A DNA stretch of 64,000 bases from Candidatus Spyradenecus sp. (lineage in GTDB: Bacteria > Verrucomicrobiota > Kiritimatiellia > RFP12 > DVOR01): assembly GCA_045634445.1 (NCBI GenBank), contig JAZRAG010000058.1:2499-66498 (forward strand). Reading direction: 5' to 3'. The notes under the pieces were generated by a model. It had not been told where the DNA came from. It did no database searches and worked only from the letters and a program-made list of their open reading frames with translations. Shown in pieces: positions 26,706 to 34,983 of this stretch. Made by a program: the position numbers and the translations under genes. Position 1 is the first letter of the stretch. Each line of letters opens with the position of its first letter.

Positions 26706-27782
26706 ATGGCAAAGAAAACTGTTCTTTGGTGGGGTCGTTTTGATCCGAATTATTCGCGTAACCGCGTGTATATTGCCCTTTTTAAGGAATTGGGTTGGGA
26801 TGTTCAGTTCTTCCACGTGAAGTATTGCTGTGCACTTGGGGATTTGGAATATGTTTTCCGTGGTCCTAAAAAAGTGAAACCAGACCTCGTTTGGGTACCT
26901 GTGGCTCGTCAACGTGATGCGATGGCGGCTTGCCGTTGGGCTCATCGTCGTGGTATCAAGGTGGCTTTCGACCCGATGATTTCTGCGTGGGACAAAAAGG
27001 TCCTTGAACAGATGAAGTGGAAGGCTGAAGAAGGTCGCGCTAAGAAGTTGCTCAAGTGGGAAACGAAGCTCTTTAATGCTGTTGACTTGATGCTCTGCGA
27101 CACCTCTTGTCATGCAGATTTCTTCCATAAGCATATGCAGGTGCCGCGTGAAAAGTTACGCGTGCTCTTTACGGGTACAGATGAAAAGGTCTTTAAGCCC
27201 GCTGCAGAAGGCGAAGATCCGCCACATGATCCTAAGGCTCCTTTACGTATTCTTTACCATGGGGCTTACTTGCCTTTACATGGCACAGAATATATCGTAG
27301 AAGCTGCTCGCGCAACGCAACACTTAAACATTCATTGGGATTTCTTAGGGTGGGGGGCTTATAAGGCGGCCACCGAAGAAAAGGCTAAGGGAATTAAGAA
27401 TATTACCTTCCTTGAAAAGGTTCCCTATGTGGATGTGCCGAAGGTGATTCGCACAGCTGACATCGTTTTGGGCGTGTTTGGCACTACTGAAAAGGCTTCT
27501 CGCGTGATTGGTAACAAGGTCTACGAAGCAATGGCATGTTGCCGTCCTGTGATTAACGAATACTGCACTGGTTATCCGCCAGAAGCAAAGGATTGCGCTG
27601 CAATTACCTTTATTCCGCCAGGCGATGCTCAAGCGCTCGTAGATGCTGTGGTGCCGTGGATTGACAAGCGTGCAGAACTTGAATCACTTCGAGCAACTGC
27701 CCGCGAATTCTTCGAAAAGTGCCTCTCCATGGATGTGATTCGTCAGCAATTGGCTGACATCTTAAAGGAAATGGGGCTTTAA
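26706..27782 (+). CDS. Glycosyltransferase, GT-B fold (family 1/4-like)
   Basis: C-terminal EAMACCRPVINEY resembles the GT1/GT4 EX7E region. ATG 26706 is preferred over the TTG at 26700. Weak family assignment. Confidence 0.45.
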   Translation: MAKKTVLWWGRFDPNYSRNRVYIALFKELGWDVQFFHVKYCCALGDLEYVFRGPKKVKPDLVWVPVARQRDAMAACRWAHRRGIKVAFDPMISAWDKKVLEQMKWKAEEGRAKKLLKWETKLFNAVDLMLCDTSCHADFFHKHMQVPREKLRVLFTGTDEKVFKPAAEGEDPPHDPKAPLRILYHGAYLPLHGTEYIVEAARATQHLNIHWDFLGWGAYKAATEEKAKGIKNITFLEKVPYVDVPKVIRTADIVLGVFGTTEKASRVIGNKVYEAMACCRPVINEYCTGYPPEAKDCAAITFIPPGDAQALVDAVVPWIDKRAELESLRATAREFFEKCLSMDVIRQQLADILKEMGL

Positions 27783-28975
27783 TGCCCCATACACCTATGC
27801 GACAAGGTTTTTTTGATAAATTCATCTCGCGTTTAGATCGTATTGATGCACCAGTAGCATCAGCGCACATTGTTGCGCTTGCGCGTGAGAGAGGATTTCT
27901 AGAAACCTTATTCCAATCGATTAACGAAGGTATTCTCGTTTTGGGTGACGAGATGCGTTTGTTATATGCAAATCATGCCGCTGAGCGCATGGTTGGCTTT
28001 TCTGCAGAACGCGAACGTGGTAATACGATGAAGCGTTATTTGCGAGATTGGGAAATTGACACTTTGTTGTTAAATCAAGTCGCAGATTGGAATCGTATTG
28101 AGGCGCGTGAGGTTGAAATCTCTTATCCTGAACATCGAGTGATTTCTTACTATGCACGCCCCGTTGAATTTGAATCAAGAACGGAACTCCTGTTAATGTT
28201 GCGCGATGTTACGCGTGAACGTTTAGCAGAAGAAGATACCCTTGCCGATGAGCGTCTTGCCGCTGTGCAGACTCTTGTTGCAGGTGTAGCGCATGAGATT
28301 GGCAATCCCTTAAATGCATTAACCATCCATCTGCAATTACTTGAACGAGAATTACGAAAAATAGATGATGGTGCAATGCGAGAGAACTTGCAAGAGTTGA
28401 CAGGGATTGCCTCTCAAGAAGTGACACGATTAGATCGTATTATTCGTCGTTTCTTAACAGCATTACGCCCAACAGAACCAAACTTAACGCGGGGTAATGT
28501 GCGAGATGTCATTACGACAACAGTCCGTTTATTAACGCCAGATTTTGAACGTCGCAATATTGAATTGTGCCTATCCTTGCCAGAACAGATTCCTGATGTC
28601 TATTTGGACGCTCAACAAATTGAGCAAGTCTTTTTCAATCTCTTGAAAAACGCGATGGATGCAATTCCTGATCGTGGTAAGATTGGCTTAACAGTAACTG
28701 TTGACGATACTGGCGTAAGTATTTCGGTATTGGACAATGGCAGTGGCATCCCGGAAAGTTTGTTGGGAAAGATCTTTGACCCTTACGTCACAACAAAGAC
28801 AAAAGGAAGTGGACTTGGGCTAATGGTGGTGCGTCGTATTGTGCAGAGTCACGGCGGAACAATTCAATGCGCAAGTCATGAAGGTGAAGGCACGTGCTTT
28901 ACTGTACGTTTGCCAAGAGCTGAACGCCAGATTCGAACCCTTGAAAGCGGAACGGCAGAAAGGAGTGCTAAGTGA
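27782..28975 (+). CDS. Sensor histidine kinase (PAS-like N-terminus, HisKA, HATPase_c)
   Basis: H-box [13 protein letters not shown]-box [10 protein letters not shown]-boxes DNGSGIP and [18 protein letters not shown] overlap with upstream GT. Confidence 0.8.
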   Translation: MPHTPMRQGFFDKFISRLDRIDAPVASAHIVALARERGFLETLFQSINEGILVLGDEMRLLYANHAAERMVGFSAERERGNTMKRYLRDWEIDTLLLNQVADWNRIEAREVEISYPEHRVISYYARPVEFESRTELLLMLRDVTRERLAEEDTLADERLAAVQTLVAGVAHEIGNPLNALTIHLQLLERELRKIDDGAMRENLQELTGIASQEVTRLDRIIRRFLTALRPTEPNLTRGNVRDVITTTVRLLTPDFERRNIELCLSLPEQIPDVYLDAQQIEQVFFNLLKNAMDAIPDRGKIGLTVTVDDTGVSISVLDNGSGIPESLLGKIFDPYVTTKTKGSGLGLMVVRRIVQSHGGTIQCASHEGEGTCFTVRLPRAERQIRTLESGTAERSAK

Positions 28976-30306
28976 GCACAATTCTAGTCGTTGATGATGA
29001 TAAAGCAACCCGTGAAGGTGTTGCGCGCACATTACGAGGTGATTACATTGTGCATACTGCTGCAGATGCAGATGCGGCAATGGCTGTCTTAAATGTAAAT
29101 TCCGTGGATCTCGTTTTGACGGATTTACGTATGCCTGGGCGTGATGGTCTTTCACTTTTACGCGATATTATTGCGGCATATCCAACAATTCCTGTAATTT
29201 TGTTGTCGGCCTATGGTTCGGTTGAAAGTGCTGTTGAGGCGATGAAAGATGGCGCCTATGACTTTTTAACGAAGCCTATTAATCTTGATCACCTTGAACT
29301 CGTGGTGCGGCGAGCACTTAAGCAAAAGCATCTTGAAAAGCAAAATGCGACCTTGCGTACCCAACTTGTTGGACAATCTGCGCTTAATCGTATGTTAGGC
29401 TCTTCAGAGGCGATGCAGATGGTCCGTGAACGTATTCGCCAAGCTGCACCTACGCCTGCTACGGTTTTGATTCAAGGACCAAGTGGTACGGGTAAAGAAT
29501 TAGTGGCTCGTGCGATTCATTCGTTAAGTCCACGAGCAAATGCGCCTTTTGTGGCAGTTCATTGTGCTGCACTTTCACCATCACTCTTAGAAAGTGAACT
29601 TTTTGGTCATGTGAAAGGTGCCTTTACAGGAGCAGATGAAACGCGAAAGGGACGTTTTGAACTTGCAGATGGCGGAACGCTTTTCTTAGATGAAATTTCT
29701 GAAATAGATGCTGCCACACAGGTAAAATTACTTCGTGTGTTAGAAACGCGTACAGTAGAACCTGTTGGCTCTTCCGAACAAATCCCAATTAATATTCGTC
29801 TTGTGGCGGCTACCAATCGTAATTTGATGGAATGGGTTCGCCAAGGGAAGTTTCGTGAAGATTTATTCTTCCGGTTGAATGTTGTTGATGTGAATTTGCC
29901 GCCTTTGCGTGAACGCGGTGGTGATATCCCGCTCTTATGTGACGCATTTGTACGAGAATTTAACCCCTTACTGGGACGTTCTATTTTAGGTTTTGAGCCA
30001 GATGTTTTAGAGGTTTTCTCACATTATTCTTGGCCTGGTAATGTTCGTGAACTGCGTAATACCGTTGAGCGTATGATGGTGTTAGCCAAGGGTGATACGC
30101 TTACACTTGAAGATATTCCTGCAAATATCTTGGCCGAATCTAAAGGCGAAGTGGTAATTATTCAAGATGCTGAAAAAGGAGAAGAGGCTGATCGTATCCG
30201 TGTGGCATTGCAAGCTTGTAAAAACAAAACTGAAGTTGCGAAACGTCTTGGGATTCCTTTACGTACGCTTTATCGTCGTTTAAAAGAATATGGCATTCAA
30301 GGATAA
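28972..30306 (+). CDS. Sigma-54-dependent response regulator (NtrC/AtoC family: REC + AAA+ sigma-54 activator + HTH)
   Basis: REC ILVVDDDKATREG...DLVLTDLRMPG. Walker A GPSGTGKELVARAIH. GAFTGA motif HVKGAFTGA. ESELFGH. C-terminal Fis-type HTH. GTG start overlapping the kinase stop with GGAG RBS. Confidence 0.85.
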   Translation: MSTILVVDDDKATREGVARTLRGDYIVHTAADADAAMAVLNVNSVDLVLTDLRMPGRDGLSLLRDIIAAYPTIPVILLSAYGSVESAVEAMKDGAYDFLTKPINLDHLELVVRRALKQKHLEKQNATLRTQLVGQSALNRMLGSSEAMQMVRERIRQAAPTPATVLIQGPSGTGKELVARAIHSLSPRANAPFVAVHCAALSPSLLESELFGHVKGAFTGADETRKGRFELADGGTLFLDEISEIDAATQVKLLRVLETRTVEPVGSSEQIPINIRLVAATNRNLMEWVRQGKFREDLFFRLNVVDVNLPPLRERGGDIPLLCDAFVREFNPLLGRSILGFEPDVLEVFSHYSWPGNVRELRNTVERMMVLAKGDTLTLEDIPANILAESKGEVVIIQDAEKGEEADRIRVALQACKNKTEVAKRLGIPLRTLYRRLKEYGIQG

Positions 30307-30313
30307 ATGTAAT

Positions 30314-31195
30314 ATGAATCTTTTTAAATCATTTATCTACTTTACCATTCTTACGTTCCTTTCAATTCTACCATTGACGATTCTCTATGGAGAAGAAGCT
30401 GCTTTTTGGGGCGAAGAAGAAGTTGGCAACTTTCTCTCAGACGATAACGTCTTAAAGCCAATAGCTTATGAAGCTACATCACCTGCAAAAAAATCATTTA
30501 AGGTTGATTTAACAGAGTTTTATGAGCCGCCTCAAGAAGTTCCAACTCATGGAGAAGGCATTTGCCTTAAATGTGATGGGAAAGGACGACTAGCGAGCCG
30601 CTTGAAAAAGCCGCAAGATACACGATTTGCTGTTGCGAAACGGAAAGCTGGCGTTGAAACATTGGCACAATCCCCTGATTTTTATGTGCCTTGTGATAAA
30701 TGTCATGGACAAAAACGTCATAAACGTAAATTAACGTTAGAAGAACGTATTGCTTTATATATGACGATAAGGAGTGAATACGATACGTTTCATTTAATGA
30801 AACGCCATCTTCCAGTTGGCTCCGCGTATATTGATAAAGAGTACGCAGATTCGTTAACCCCAGAAGAGTTTGCTACGATTGCAGCACGTCGTCCTGCTCA
30901 CTGCCGCAAGTGTTATGGATTTGGTTATACTCCTTGTAAACGTTGCGACAGTACGGGTGTGGTAACCGTGCGTGATACAAAAGCTTCTGAAGATGATCTT
31001 AAGGTTGTAACGAAAGAGCGCTGTAGTACTTGTGATGGAAGTGGCGGACGAATTTGTAAAACATGTGAATGCACAGGGTTACTTCGTGTTTGCTCGCGCT
31101 GTAATGGAAATGGTGTGATAACGAAACCCGCAAAGAAGAATCAACCCGCGTACATAGATCGTTGTCAAACTTGTAAAGGTGCGGGACGTCGTTAA
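30314..31195 (+). CDS. Cysteine-rich secreted/membrane-anchored protein with ~10 DnaJ-type CxxCxGxG zinc-finger motifs
   Basis: N-terminal hydrophobic segment LFKSFIYFTILTFLSILPLTILYG. Repeats include CLKCDGKG, CDKCHGQK, CRKCYGFG, CKRCDSTG, CSTCDGSG, CKTCECTG, CSRCNGNG, CQTCKGAG. Gene is conspicuously AT-rich relative to flanks (visual estimate ~40 percent GC). Confidence 0.55.
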   Translation: MNLFKSFIYFTILTFLSILPLTILYGEEAAFWGEEEVGNFLSDDNVLKPIAYEATSPAKKSFKVDLTEFYEPPQEVPTHGEGICLKCDGKGRLASRLKKPQDTRFAVAKRKAGVETLAQSPDFYVPCDKCHGQKRHKRKLTLEERIALYMTIRSEYDTFHLMKRHLPVGSAYIDKEYADSLTPEEFATIAARRPAHCRKCYGFGYTPCKRCDSTGVVTVRDTKASEDDLKVVTKERCSTCDGSGGRICKTCECTGLLRVCSRCNGNGVITKPAKKNQPAYIDRCQTCKGAGRR

Positions 31196-31242
31196 GTTTT
31201 GTACTGCAACACATCTATATGTGAGTTGGATTGAAGGATTAA

Positions 31243-31866
31243 ATGATTACGATTTTAGATTATGGTGCTGGGAACCTAACAAGTGTTCGTCTTGCGTTTG
31301 AACGTTTAGGGGAACAGCCTGATTTGATCACGGATGCTTCTCAATATAAAGGTGGACGCATCCTCTTTCCTGGTGTAGGTTCTGCCGCTTCGGGTATGGC
31401 GGGTGTTCAAGCGCGTGGATTTGATCAATTATTACGCGCTGCAGTCGCCAATGGAACACCTGTAATGGGAATTTGCCTTGGAATGCAGTTATTGCTTTCA
31501 ACATCAGAAGAAGATGGCGGGACTCAAGGCTTGAATTTAATTGCGGGAGCATGTCGCGAATTTGATCGTTCGAAAGAACCTACTGCAAAGATTCCACATA
31601 TGGGATGGAATACCTTGCATCATATGGAGCACCCACTATTTGCTGGCATTGAACAAGATGCAGCGTTCTACTTTGTTCATTCTTACTTTGTAACACCTGA
31701 AAATCCAAGTCATGTTTTAGGTGTTACCGACTATTGTGGTGAATCTTTTGCCGCAGTGATTGGTAAAGGAACGCTTTTTGCAACGCAATTCCATCCTGAA
31801 CGAAGTGGCGAAGCAGGTGCAATGCTCTTGAAAAACTTCTTGAGTTGGGAGGGCGTATGCTCTTAA
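31243..31866 (+). CDS. hisH: Imidazole glycerol phosphate synthase glutamine amidotransferase subunit-like (HisH family)
   Basis: ITILDYGAGNLTSV, GVGSAAS, MGICLGMQLL (catalytic Cys), HPERSG. No other his genes adjacent (see findings for the alternative WbuY-like role). Confidence 0.75.
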   Translation: MITILDYGAGNLTSVRLAFERLGEQPDLITDASQYKGGRILFPGVGSAASGMAGVQARGFDQLLRAAVANGTPVMGICLGMQLLLSTSEEDGGTQGLNLIAGACREFDRSKEPTAKIPHMGWNTLHHMEHPLFAGIEQDAAFYFVHSYFVTPENPSHVLGVTDYCGESFAAVIGKGTLFATQFHPERSGEAGAMLLKNFLSWEGVCS

Positions 31867-32627
31867 AACGATTAATTGTTTGCCTAGACGTTCGCAACGG
31901 CCGTGTAACAAAAGGTGTAAAGTTTAAGGGAAATGTTGACGTTGGCGATCCTGTTGATATGGCTGCGCAATACTGCAAAGATGGTGCAGACGAACTCGTA
32001 TTTTACGATATCACTGCGAGCGCAGAGCATCGTTGTTGCGATTTAGATATGGTAGCGCGTGCAGCTCGCGCTTTGAGTGTCCCATTTACTGTTGGGGGCG
32101 GCATTCGCGGTGTGGAAGATATGCGTGCGGCATTATTAGCTGGTGCGGATAAAGTCTCTTTAAATTCCCTCGCTGTTGAATCTCCAGAGATTTTAACCGA
32201 AGGAGCAAAGGCTTTCGGTCGTCAGTGTGTTGTTCTTGGGATGGACGCTAAACGAGTCCCTATTTCGTCAACGATACCCTCTGGGTATGAAGTTGTGATT
32301 CGTGGTGGCCGTCAACCCACGGGACTTGATGCGCTTGCTTGGGCTCAAGAGGCTGTTGCACGAGGAGCAGGGGAAATCTGCTTAAATGCAATTGACACCG
32401 ATGGCGTTCGCGAAGGATATGAATTGCCAATTACGCGAATGGTTAGCCAAGCAGTAAGTGTACCTGTCATTGCCTCAGGTGGTGCAGGAATGCCGCAGCA
32501 TCTTGTGGACGTCTTAACGAGTGGTTGCGCTGATGCTGCTTTAGTTGCTTCAATGGTACATACAATGGGGTATACATGCGGTGGCATTAAGAATGCTTTG
32601 CGTGAAGCAGGTATTCCTATGAGGTAA
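31857..32627 (+). CDS. hisF: Imidazole glycerol phosphate synthase cyclase subunit-like (HisF family)
   Basis: LKRLIVCLDVRNGRVTKGVKF ... ADELVFYDITAS ... GAGEICLNAIDTDGVREGYEL ... VIASGGAG. Overlaps hisH stop. GGAGGG RBS. Confidence 0.75.
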   Translation: MLLKRLIVCLDVRNGRVTKGVKFKGNVDVGDPVDMAAQYCKDGADELVFYDITASAEHRCCDLDMVARAARALSVPFTVGGGIRGVEDMRAALLAGADKVSLNSLAVESPEILTEGAKAFGRQCVVLGMDAKRVPISSTIPSGYEVVIRGGRQPTGLDALAWAQEAVARGAGEICLNAIDTDGVREGYELPITRMVSQAVSVPVIASGGAGMPQHLVDVLTSGCADAALVASMVHTMGYTCGGIKNALREAGIPMR

Positions 32628-32629
32628 TC

Positions 32630-33067
32630 ATGCGCAACGAAAACTTTGAACGTGCTGTTTCTCAGATTCTAAAACGTGACAAGCGTTATCCACGTGGCGC
32701 TTATGATATCATGCCAATTGCATTGGATTACACGGTTCGCCAAATTCAAGAACGCGAACGCGCTGGAAAATCTCTCGAAAATGGATCGTCTTCTCGCCAT
32801 GTTACAGGACGTCAACTGGCAGAAGGCTTTCGCGATTATATCCTTGAAGAATTTGGACCGTTTTCAGAGGAAATCTTAAACGACTTGAATCTGCATGCAA
32901 CGATTGATATTGGACATTTGGTTTTCAATCTTATTTCAGTTGGTTGTTTTGGAAAAACACCTGAAGATAGTCTTGAAGATTTTGAAGATGTTTACGACTT
33001 CAAAGATGCATTTTCAGAACCTTTTTCGGTACGTGCACCAGAATTCTATCAAGATAAAGAAATATGA
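32630..33067 (+). CDS. Conserved hypothetical protein (145 aa, acidic C-terminus)
   Basis: ORF with GAGG RBS, translationally coupled to hisF upstream and ung downstream (ATGA overlap). No motifs recognised. Confidence 0.45.
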   Translation: MRNENFERAVSQILKRDKRYPRGAYDIMPIALDYTVRQIQERERAGKSLENGSSSRHVTGRQLAEGFRDYILEEFGPFSEEILNDLNLHATIDIGHLVFNLISVGCFGKTPEDSLEDFEDVYDFKDAFSEPFSVRAPEFYQDKEI

Positions 33068-33714
33068 AAACCGATTGGCGTGACGCATTAGCGGATTTTA
33101 TTAATACTCCTGCGTTTGCTTCTTTACGTAAGTTTGTTAAAGAAGTCTATGCTAAGGAACAGATTCTGCCGCCTCAAGAGACAATTTACGCTGCACTTCA
33201 GCTTTGTTCACTTGCAAAAACACGCGTTGTTATCTTAGGACAAGACCCTTATCCAACGCCAGGACATGCACATGGCCTCGCTTTTTCAGTTCAGCATCCT
33301 ATTGCGCCACCACCATCTCTTCGTAACATCTTAAAAGAGATTGAATCGGATGTTGGACCTTCGCAGATTCAAGGCGGAGATTTAACACCGTGGGCACAGC
33401 AGGGAGTTCTTTTGCTTAACACTATTTTAACAGTGCGTGCTGGTGCTCCACTCTCACATGCGGGGCAAGGGTGGGAAGATTTTACGGATGAAATAATTAA
33501 GACCATTGCTCAAAAGCGCGAAAATGTTGTTTTTATGTTGTGGGGGAGCAAAGCTAAAGCAAAAAGTAAGTTCATTGATGCAAAGCGGCATTGTATTCTC
33601 ACTGCAGCTCATCCGTCACCACTTTCTGCATGGAATGGTTTTTTTGGTTGTAAGCACTTCTCTCAAGCAAATGCCTATTTAACGGCACATCATTACGATC
33701 CAATTATTTGGTAA
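33064..33714 (+). CDS. ung: Uracil-DNA glycosylase, family 1
   Basis: VVILGQDPYPTPGHAHGLAFSV (water-activating loop), HPSPLSA, LLNTILTV are UNG family-1 motifs. Confidence 0.85.
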   Translation: MKTDWRDALADFINTPAFASLRKFVKEVYAKEQILPPQETIYAALQLCSLAKTRVVILGQDPYPTPGHAHGLAFSVQHPIAPPPSLRNILKEIESDVGPSQIQGGDLTPWAQQGVLLLNTILTVRAGAPLSHAGQGWEDFTDEIIKTIAQKRENVVFMLWGSKAKAKSKFIDAKRHCILTAAHPSPLSAWNGFFGCKHFSQANAYLTAHHYDPIIW

Positions 33715-33813
33715 CTGTAAGTTGTTACTTGGTTTAGAATACTTTTGCTTAAATAGAGAAGCCGGCTTGAAAATCCAAGTCGGCTTCTTATTAAACATAC
33801 GAAGTAAATACAT

Positions 33814-34056
33814 TTATTCACTCAAATCATTAAGCAATGCTTGAGCTAACTGATCAGGGCAAGATGTGCCATTGCGACAAACAATACCTTTAAGCAAAGG
33901 AATGACTTCCTTAACTGGACGGCCGACAACCAAACGTGCTACACCTTGAGTATTACCTGGGCAACCTCCATGAATTGTACAAGAGGTGATAACACCATTC
34001 GTAATTTCATAACTTGCACCGCTTGCACAAGTTCCACGAAAAGAGACAGTCTTCAT
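33814..34056 (-). CDS. TSCPD-domain small protein
   Basis: Contains GTSCPDQ (TSCPD motif) plus Cys residues. ATG (MKTVS) with GGAG RBS 9 nt upstream is preferred over the upstream TTG of the track ORF. Confidence 0.5.
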   Translation of the reverse strand: MKTVSFRGTCASGASYEITNGVITSCTIHGGCPGNTQGVARLVVGRPVKEVIPLLKGIVCRNGTSCPDQLAQALLNDLSE

Positions 34057-34125
34057 TGTGTATTTCTCCAAAATATCGCTATTGTAACATAGTTTTAAGC
34101 TTAATAATCTTTTACACAGGTTTTA

Positions 34126-34983
34126 TTATAAATGCCATTCTTGATGGATGAATTGAGCTAAAGCTTCTTGCCAAGGTGGCAGTTTAGGTAGGCCTATAGA
34201 TTTAAGCTTTTCCTTTGATAAAACAACATTTCGAGGACGTTTTGCCGGGCGTGGAATGTCTGTAATAGAACAAGGTTCTAATGAAATGTCGAAATATCCT
34301 GCTACTCTGAAAATTGTCTTTGCGAACTCATACCACGTAGTTGCACCTTCACATGAAATATGAAATGTACCTGTCAATTCTGGACGTTGTAAGATGGTTG
34401 TTAAGACTTTTGCCACATCTGTAGCAGGTGTAGGTGTACCATATAAATCATTAACAAGGGTAAGAGTGCGTAGTGGATGGGCAGCAGCTAAGGCAATCAT
34501 TGAATGAACAAAACTCGGTCCACCAGAGCCATAAAGCCATCCAGTCCGAACAATAATATAATTTTGACAAATTTCTTTAATTGTTTTCTCTGCAGCCAGT
34601 TTACTCTTGCCATAAACGGTATTGGGATGCGTTGGATTATTTTCTTTAAGCTCTCCTTTTTGTTCACCCGAAAAGACAGCAGATGTTGAAATTGCAATTA
34701 ATCTTGCGCCAAATGCCGCAGTGGCTCGAGCAAGATTCGCAGTAGCAGTTTCATTTATTAAAAAGGCTCGATTAGGATTTAATTCACACAAATCCAATGA
34801 AGTCATTTCTGCACAGTGCACAACGACTTCAGGTTGGATTGAACTAAAAAGATGTTCAAGTTTTTCCTGGTCTAGTAAGTCAACATCAAGAGATTCTGTT
34901 GTAAAACACTCGTGTATGTGTTGCCATTGTGTCAACAATGTCCGACCAAGTATCCCACGACTTCCTGTAATTAGGATTCGCAT
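34126..34983 (-). CDS. rfbD: dTDP-4-dehydrorhamnose reductase
   Basis: MRILITGSRGILG Rossmann N-terminus. YGKSKLAAE catalytic YxxxK. VRTGWLYG. AT-rich codon usage (visual estimate ~40 percent GC) compared with most of the window. Confidence 0.8.
   Translation of the reverse strand: MRILITGSRGILGRTLLTQWQHIHECFTTESLDVDLLDQEKLEHLFSSIQPEVVVHCAEMTSLDLCELNPNRAFLINETATANLARATAAFGARLIAISTSAVFSGEQKGELKENNPTHPNTVYGKSKLAAEKTIKEICQNYIIVRTGWLYGSGGPSFVHSMIALAAAHPLRTLTLVNDLYGTPTPATDVAKVLTTILQRPELTGTFHISCEGATTWYEFAKTIFRVAGYFDISLEPCSITDIPRPAKRPRNVVLSKEKLKSIGLPKLPPWQEALAQFIHQEWHL

Noticed and set aside
30280-30313. TGGCAT-N5-GATAAA upstream of the Cys-rich gene as a sigma-54 promoter
   Set aside because: The -12 element does not match TTGC or GC. 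Much poorer than the 22183-22199 site.
27782-34983. Whole segment as a horizontally acquired low-GC island
   Set aside because: GC depression is patchy (strong for 30314-31195 and 33800-34983, mild elsewhere). The segment contains core genes (ung, hisHF) and no integrase, tRNA boundary or direct repeats, so only the individual AT-rich genes are flagged.
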